Assembly (NCBI GenBank): GCA_963667465.2
Contig: CAXXDN010000002.1
Location: forward strand, 1 to 64,000
Source: Dehalococcoidia bacterium
GTDB lineage: Bacteria; Chloroflexota; Dehalococcoidia; UBA2979
Direction of reading: 5' to 3'
Length of the DNA stretch: 64,000 nucleotides
The notes under the pieces are model-generated. The model made no database searches. It saw only the letters and a program-made list of their open reading frames with translations, and had not been told where the DNA came from. Shown one piece after another: positions 58,540 through 64,000 of this stretch. Every line of letters begins with the position of its first letter. Positions within the stretch are counted from its first letter, which is position 1. The position numbers and the translations under genes are program-made.

Positions 58540-58806
58540 CTACTTGTTCGCCAGCTCGTAGAGCTGCACGAGCTCGTCGATGACCCGGTGCTGGTCTCCG
58601 CCGCGCACGCCGTCGACGACGCAGTGGTGCAGGTGGCCGGAGAGCATGCGCGACTCGGCCTTCTCGATGGCGCGCCGCACCGCGTAGGTCTGCTTCAGCA
58701 CGTCGACGCAGTAGGTGTCGTCCTCGACCATGCGACGCACGCCGGCGAGGTGGCCCTCGAGGTACGCGAGCCGCTTGAGCACGTCTGCCTTGGTTTCGGC
58801 GTCCAT
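58540..58806 (-). CDS. csoR: CsoR copper-sensing repressor
   Basis: KRLAYLEGHL, YCVDVLKQ, HLHHCV. Confidence 0.92.
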   Translation of the reverse strand: MDAETKADVLKRLAYLEGHLAGVRRMVEDDTYCVDVLKQTYAVRRAIEKAESRMLSGHLHHCVVDGVRGGDQHRVIDELVQLYELANK

Positions 58807-58828
58807 GGCTGCACCTCCACTTCGAGTG

Positions 58829-58855
58829 TACCCCCACCCAGGGGGTTGGGGTGTA
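58829..58855. promoter_or_regulatory. CsoR-type operator (TAC-C-tract...G-tract-GTA)
   Basis: TACCCCCACCCAGGGGGTTGGGGTGTA directly upstream of csoR. Confidence 0.6.
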
Positions 58856-58907
58856 GGCGAAGTCATGCGAGGGCGTGCCAGCGCGGCGCACGCTCGGCAA
58901 GGACGCT

Positions 58908-60062
58908 TCAATCGATCAGGCACTCACCGGCGAGGCGGTTGATCTCGCGGCTCCGCGCCTCTTGATCCTCGGGCGGTACGAAGCCGTTGGTGACGAAGCC
59001 GAGCGAGAAGCCGCTCTCCGGATCGCCCCAGGCGATTTGACCGCCGGCGCCGCCGTGCCCGAAGGCGCGTTCCGAGGCCGTCGGCGCGAACCCGCGCTCG
59101 GCGGGGCGATCGCCCGCTATCACGACGGCCAGCGCACGGTTCACCGGCAGCCCTTCGGGCGTGCGATGGCGATCGTCCGTCAGTACACGCGTGGCGTACT
59201 CGATGGTCTCGGGCTTGAGCGGCGTGTGGTCGCCGGGCTCGGCCGGGCTGACCAGCCGCTGGTAGAAGAGGGCGAGTTCGCCGGCGCCGCCGAAGCCGGC
59301 CGCCCCGGGGCACCCCGACCGCCGCGGCGAGGGCAGGTTGAAGTGCAGCACGGTGTCGGGGTTGGTCTCGGTCCAGCCGCCCTCCGGCTCCACCGGCGGC
59401 TCGGTGTAGACGACGTCGGCGGCGCGCCGGTGCTGCTCGTCCGGCAGGCCGACCCACAGATCGGGCAGACCCATCGGCAGCAGGAGGCGCTCGCGCACGT
59501 AGTCCCGGAAGTCCTTGCCGGTGCGCTGGCTGATGATCTCGGCGAGCGTCCAGTGCGCCGAGGTGGCGTGGTACTCGAAGCGGCTGTCCGGCTCCCAGGT
59601 GAGGCGCCAGTAGTCCATGCGCTCCTGTCGCCTGGCGCGGTCCTCCCAGTGGTCGGGGTGCAGCGGGGCGTGGGGGAAGCCCGCGGTGTGCGTGAGCACC
59701 TGGCGGACGGTGACCTGCTCGGTGCCGTTGCTCAGGAACTGCGGGACGATCGCCGAGACGCGCTCGTCGATGTCCAGCAGGCCGTCCTCGATCAGCGCCC
59801 ATGCAGCAGCGCCGACAACTGCCTTGGTCGAGGAGTAGATGCAGTAGAGCGTGTCCGGCCCGGCCGGGCGCGTGCGGCCGCCCCGCGTCACCTCGCCGTA
59901 GCTGGCGACCGAGGCGATCTGGCCCCGGCGCCCGACCGCCACCTGCGCGCTGGGCAGGCCCGAGGCCACCTCGCTGCGCACGAAATCGCACAGGCGCTGC
60001 AGGCCCTCCGGATCGATGCCGATCTGCTCCGGGGACCCGGCGATGAACTCGGCTGCGATCAT
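58908..60062 (-). CDS. Serine hydrolase (beta-lactamase/esterase family)
   Basis: SSTK, LTHTAG, FEYH, FGHGGAGG. Confidence 0.9.
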   Translation of the reverse strand: MIAAEFIAGSPEQIGIDPEGLQRLCDFVRSEVASGLPSAQVAVGRRGQIASVASYGEVTRGGRTRPAGPDTLYCIYSSTKAVVGAAAWALIEDGLLDIDERVSAIVPQFLSNGTEQVTVRQVLTHTAGFPHAPLHPDHWEDRARRQERMDYWRLTWEPDSRFEYHATSAHWTLAEIISQRTGKDFRDYVRERLLLPMGLPDLWVGLPDEQHRRAADVVYTEPPVEPEGGWTETNPDTVLHFNLPSPRRSGCPGAAGFGGAGELALFYQRLVSPAEPGDHTPLKPETIEYATRVLTDDRHRTPEGLPVNRALAVVIAGDRPAERGFAPTASERAFGHGGAGGQIAWGDPESGFSLGFVTNGFVPPEDQEARSREINRLAGECLID

Positions 60063-60084
60063 GGTGCTCGCCGGAGGCGGCCCG

Positions 60085-60522
60085 CTACCCCTCGCGCGAG
60101 GGCAGCACGACGACGGCGTGACCGGGCGTGGTGCCGCGCCCGTCCTGGTTCATCACGTTAATCTCGAGGCGCACGAGGTGCTCGCCGTCCTCGATGCGCT
60201 TCTCCGTGATGGCGCCGCTGCAGGTCAGCTCGTCGTTCTTCTGGTTGATGGCCCGGAACTGCACGGCCAGCTCGCGGACCTCGACCTCGTCGCCGGCCCA
60301 GTCGCGCAGCATGTTGATCAGGTAGGCGAAGCGCAGGTTGCCCATGCCGAAGGCGCCCTGCTCGTTGGCGCCGCGCCGTCCGGCGTCGTCGTCCATGTGG
60401 ATGTAGACGAACTCGTCGTTCACCGCCGCGTAGCGGTTCCAGTGCATGAAGTCCGTCGTGCGCGACCACTCCGGGACGCTGTCCCCGACCTCGACGTCCT
60501 CGAAGTACACGTGGTAGGTCAC
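60085..60522 (-). CDS. MaoC-like hot-dog dehydratase
   Basis: YFEDVEVGD, YAAVNDEFVYIHMDD. Confidence 0.85.
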   Translation of the reverse strand: MTYHVYFEDVEVGDSVPEWSRTTDFMHWNRYAAVNDEFVYIHMDDDAGRRGANEQGAFGMGNLRFAYLINMLRDWAGDEVEVRELAVQFRAINQKNDELTCSGAITEKRIEDGEHLVRLEINVMNQDGRGTTPGHAVVVLPSREG

Positions 60523-60646
60523 GGCGCTCCTCCAGCTCGCTGCGCCGCGATCATAGCAGCGGGCGATCAGTGCCCGCCGAGGCCGCGTCGCGCCCCGCCC
60601 CTATACTGCGCTTCGCGAGCGCCCTCGAAGGCCCGCGGGAGGCCGC

Positions 60647-61321
60647 ATGACACTGATCCACGCCGTCGCACACCCCGGAACGATCGATGACGCGGACGGC
60701 GGCGGGCTCTTCCCGACGCTGATCGCGCTGCATGGCTACGGGGCGAACGCGCAGGACCTGCTGGGGCTCAGCCCCTACCTCGCCGGTGGCCGGCTGCTCA
60801 TGATCTGTCCCCAGGCGCCGCTGCCGATCGACCCGAACTTCTACGGCTTCAACTGGCACGCCTTCAGCGGCCCCGACGGCCGCGGCTCTCCGGAGGTCGT
60901 CGCGGCCGCCAACGCCATGGTCAGCGAGTTCGTCGACTTCGCCCTCGAGGCCTACCCGGCGCGGCGCGACCGCGTCGCGCTGCTCGGCTTCAGCCAGGGC
61001 GGCGGCATGGCCTATCGCCTCGGCTTCAGCGAGCCGGAGCGCTACGTGGGCCTCGCGGCGCTGAGCGCGAGCCTGCCCGACGACGTCTTCGCGGACGGCG
61101 AGACGCCGGGCGAGACCGTGCGAGCGCTGCCGCTGCTGATCCAGCACGGCGCGTCCGACGCGAGCGTGAGTGTCGACCAGGGCCGCGCCTCCCGCGACCG
61201 CCTCGCGGGCCTCGGTCTGGAGCCGGACTACCGCGAATACCCGATGGCGCACGAGGTGGGGGCGCACAGCGCGCGCGACCTCTCGCAGTGGCTGGAGCGC
61301 GTGCTGGGCCTCGGGAACTGA
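60647..61321 (+). CDS. Phospholipase/carboxylesterase
   Basis: LHGYGAN, GFSQGG, HGASD, MAHEV. Confidence 0.9.
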   Translation: MTLIHAVAHPGTIDDADGGGLFPTLIALHGYGANAQDLLGLSPYLAGGRLLMICPQAPLPIDPNFYGFNWHAFSGPDGRGSPEVVAAANAMVSEFVDFALEAYPARRDRVALLGFSQGGGMAYRLGFSEPERYVGLAALSASLPDDVFADGETPGETVRALPLLIQHGASDASVSVDQGRASRDRLAGLGLEPDYREYPMAHEVGAHSARDLSQWLERVLGLGN

Positions 61322-61486
61322 GGGCGGCAGCATCACGAGCGCAATTGCTGATCAGCGCCTGATCGCGCGCAAAGCGCAGGCGCGATGTGCTAGCATCCGC
61401 GCGATAGGAGCACGAGCGATCCGGTTCGGACGCTCGTTCGTACCATCAACATCGCGAGCGGGGGCCGCAAGCGAAGGGGGAGGGGC

Positions 61487-63337
61487 ATGGCAGAAGAGAA
61501 CAAGTGGTTTGAGGGACTCAACACACGGCTGAGTCGCCGCACCGTCCTGAGAGGCGGCGCTATCGGCGGAGCGGGGCTTGCCGCAGCCGCGCTGATCGGC
61601 TGCGGCGACGACGACGAGGAGCCGGCCGCCACGCCGGCCCCGACGCCTGCGCCGACGCAGGCTCCCGCGGCGACCGCGGCGCCGACCACGGCGGCCGCGG
61701 CGGAGCCGGAGGGCCCGCCGGCCTACATCACGCAGGCCGAGGCCGATGGCTCGCTGTACCCGTACAACTACGCGGAGCCGGCCGGGGATCCGAAGCCCGG
61801 TGGCACTCTCAAGGTCGGCGTGTCCTGGGACCTCGGCTCCATGGACACCGCCCTGCAGAAGGCCGGTGGCAGCACGACCACGCCGGACGCAACCTACAAC
61901 AGCCTGCTCGGCTTCAAGCACGGACCGGACACCGGCAGCAAGCTCAGTGTCGAGCTGGAGCCGGAGTTGGCCCAGAGCTGGGAGTGGTCGCCGGACGGCA
62001 CGCAGATCACCTTCAACCTGGCGAGCGGCGTGAGGTTCCAGAATGTGACGCCGCTGAACGGGCGTGACTTCTCGTCGACGGACGTGCTGCAGTGGGCCGA
62101 GCGGCAGTCGACGATCGACGGCGGCGTCAACAAGGGTGCGTTTGGGCTTGTCACGGACATGGCGACCCCGGACGCGAACACCTTCCAGTTCACGCTCTCG
62201 TCTCCCAGCCCGGACTTCCTGGTTCCGTTCGGCACGCACTTCATGAGCATCTACCCGCGCGAGCTGGTGGATCAGGATCTGCTGGCGACGCAGGCGATTG
62301 GCACCGGGCCGCTGATCATCACGGAGATCGAGGAGGGCAGCCACGTCATCCTCGAGAAAAACCCGGACTACTGGGAGAAGAACCTGCACGGCCGCGAGCC
62401 GTGGCTGGACGGCCTGGAGTTCCGGATCATGCGTGACTCGGCGGCGCGCATCGCTGCCTACCGCACCGGCGACCTGGACTACTGCTACAGCTGGCCTTCG
62501 ACGCCGCGGCACGCGGCGGAGCTGCTGGAGACGAACCCGGACTACATCGTCCTGGCCGACCCGGTGGTGCTGAACAGTGGTTCGTGGGGCTTTAACCTGA
62601 CGGACCCGCGGTTCGCCGACCCGCGCGTGCGGCAGGCGCTGCACCTGGGCTTCAACCGCGACCTGGCGATCCAGATCATCTACGACGGCACGGGCACCTG
62701 TCTGCCGACGGCGGCGTGGCCGTTCGTCTACGACGAGACCCCGTCGTACGAGGCGGGGACGCTGGGCCCGTGGTGGACGTACAAGCCGGACGAGGCGCAG
62801 TCGCTGCTGCAGGCGGCGGGCCAGGAGAACCTCGAGTTCGAGGTTCTGACAACGGACCGTTACCTCAGCACCGGCGACGCCGAGCTGATGCAGGAGCAGT
62901 TCAGCGAGCTGGGCATCACGGTCAACTTCAAGTCCGTGGACTACACGGAGTTCAACGCCCAGTGGGTGCCGGGCGAGTACCCGGAGGCTGCGGACGGCTG
63001 GGCGACGCCGTCGAGCACGGGTGCGGCGGACGGCTTCTACTGGGAGCAGGTCCACTCGCAGTCGGGCGACAACCGCTGGTACATCAACGACCCGGAGATC
63101 GACGCCTGGGCGGACGCGCAGCGGATCGACCTGGATCCGGAGAGCCGCGCGGACACGCAGCGCAAGATCTTCGACAAGTTGGTGAACGAGGCGTACCGGC
63201 TCGAGACGATTCACACGTTCTCGCTCACGTCGTACCCGCCATGGCTGCGGTTCGCCCGCTTCAACGGGCCGTACATCAGCTACCACTACTTCTATCGCTT
63301 CGGAGACTCCTTCACGGACATCTGGCTGGACAAGTAG
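61487..63337 (+). CDS. ABC transporter substrate-binding protein (family 5, Tat lipoprotein)
   Basis: SRRTVLRGG...LIGC, Pro/Ala/Thr linker, PELAQSWE, IGTGP, KNPDYW, DPRVRQAL. Confidence 0.92.
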   Translation: MAEENKWFEGLNTRLSRRTVLRGGAIGGAGLAAAALIGCGDDDEEPAATPAPTPAPTQAPAATAAPTTAAAAEPEGPPAYITQAEADGSLYPYNYAEPAGDPKPGGTLKVGVSWDLGSMDTALQKAGGSTTTPDATYNSLLGFKHGPDTGSKLSVELEPELAQSWEWSPDGTQITFNLASGVRFQNVTPLNGRDFSSTDVLQWAERQSTIDGGVNKGAFGLVTDMATPDANTFQFTLSSPSPDFLVPFGTHFMSIYPRELVDQDLLATQAIGTGPLIITEIEEGSHVILEKNPDYWEKNLHGREPWLDGLEFRIMRDSAARIAAYRTGDLDYCYSWPSTPRHAAELLETNPDYIVLADPVVLNSGSWGFNLTDPRFADPRVRQALHLGFNRDLAIQIIYDGTGTCLPTAAWPFVYDETPSYEAGTLGPWWTYKPDEAQSLLQAAGQENLEFEVLTTDRYLSTGDAELMQEQFSELGITVNFKSVDYTEFNAQWVPGEYPEAADGWATPSSTGAADGFYWEQVHSQSGDNRWYINDPEIDAWADAQRIDLDPESRADTQRKIFDKLVNEAYRLETIHTFSLTSYPPWLRFARFNGPYISYHYFYRFGDSFTDIWLDK

Positions 63338-63362
63338 CGGTAACGAAGAAAGGCGCACACAC

Positions 63363-63395
63363 GGGGAGCCGGCCAATTGGCCGGCTCCTCTCTTT
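63363..63395 (+). terminator. Intrinsic terminator-like hairpin
   Basis: GGAGCCGGCCA-AT-TGGCCGGCTCC followed by TCTCTTT. Confidence 0.7.
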
Positions 63396-63604
63396 GTGGG
63401 GCCGCGCGGGCTCCCTGAGGGTCCATCACGCGCGGGACGGAATCGGGCAACGGGGAGGGCCGTCACGCCGCGATCCGGCACGATTCCCCGATCGGCTTCG
63501 CGGCGTACTATGATTGCCGCGTCGGTCGCCCGGCCCACCGAGGCTTGGAGGGCGTCCGCAGCCGGCCGAACGCCGGCGCCGCGAGTGGGGTGAGAGGGGG
63601 CAGC

Positions 63605-64000
63605 ATGTACCGCTACGTGATTCGCCGCCTGCTCGCCGCCATTCCCACGATCGTCATCATCTCGATTCTGGTTTCGCTACTGATCCGCCTGCAGCCAGGC
63701 GACGTCCTGATGGCCAACCTGGAGGAGGGAGGGAGCTTCACCGAAGAGGGACTCAACCGAGTGCGCTACGAGCTCGGCCTCACGCGCACATGGCCGCACC
63801 AGTATCAGTGCTGGGTGGTTGGCGACTTGCTCAACTGGGCGGCGGGCTCAACGGACCCCGACGCCGTGACATCCGACGGTCTGCCCAAAGATGCCGCGAT
63901 CCTGACCCTCGGGTTCATCGGCGAGAAGCCGCTGCTCGGCGAATGCGACGGCGGCGGTCTGATCCGCGCCGACTTCGGGGTATCGCTCGATAGCAGGCGC
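63605..64000 (+). CDS. ABC peptide-type permease (DppB-like), truncated by window end
   Basis: MYRYVIRRLLAAIPTIVIISILV...QPGD...ELGL...GDFGVS. Confidence 0.85.
   Translation, partial: MYRYVIRRLLAAIPTIVIISILVSLLIRLQPGDVLMANLEEGGSFTEEGLNRVRYELGLTRTWPHQYQCWVVGDLLNWAAGSTDPDAVTSDGLPKDAAILTLGFIGEKPLLGECDGGGLIRADFGVSLDSRR

Noticed and set aside
61621-61720. Repetitive GCGCCGAC-like DNA
   Set aside because: Encodes the ordinary Pro/Ala/Thr linker of the lipoprotein substrate-binding protein.
500-63538. Long antisense or alternate-frame ORFs (e.g. 500-2923, 25628-27730, 48343-50721, 55900-58269, 61352-63538)
   Set aside because: Shadow ORFs of high-GC coding strands; Arg/Ala/Pro-rich with no motifs, opposite well-supported genes.

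Overview
Very GC-rich bacterial chromosomal window. The gene content (TIGR03617-type and other luciferase-like monooxygenases, F420-dependent Ddn/PPOX proteins, many CoA-transferases and acyl-CoA dehydrogenases, a Tat-lipoprotein ABC substrate-binding protein, a halogenase, an NHL remnant, many TA modules) suggests a Chloroflexota/Dehalococcoidia (SAR202-like, possibly sponge-associated) organism; this is inference. Most of it is acyl-CoA/steroid-like catabolism and flavin/F420 redox genes, plus K+ and Cu handling. Interspersed are about 8 intact or decayed type II toxin-antitoxin islets and several internally deleted gene remnants. The standout is an IS110-family element (about 26149-27664, minus strand) inserted in a RelE-like toxin gene. 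Its ~230-bp upstream non-coding end folds into a 5' hairpin plus two large internal loops. One loop matches the element's own ends (GATGGGGACA; CACCTTAC) and the other matches the insertion target (CACCCCCC), i.e. a readable bridge-RNA-type guide. The junctions carry 5 more C's than conservative recombination predicts. No rRNA, tRNA or CRISPR array was recognised. All family calls come from motif recognition by eye, not database searches.
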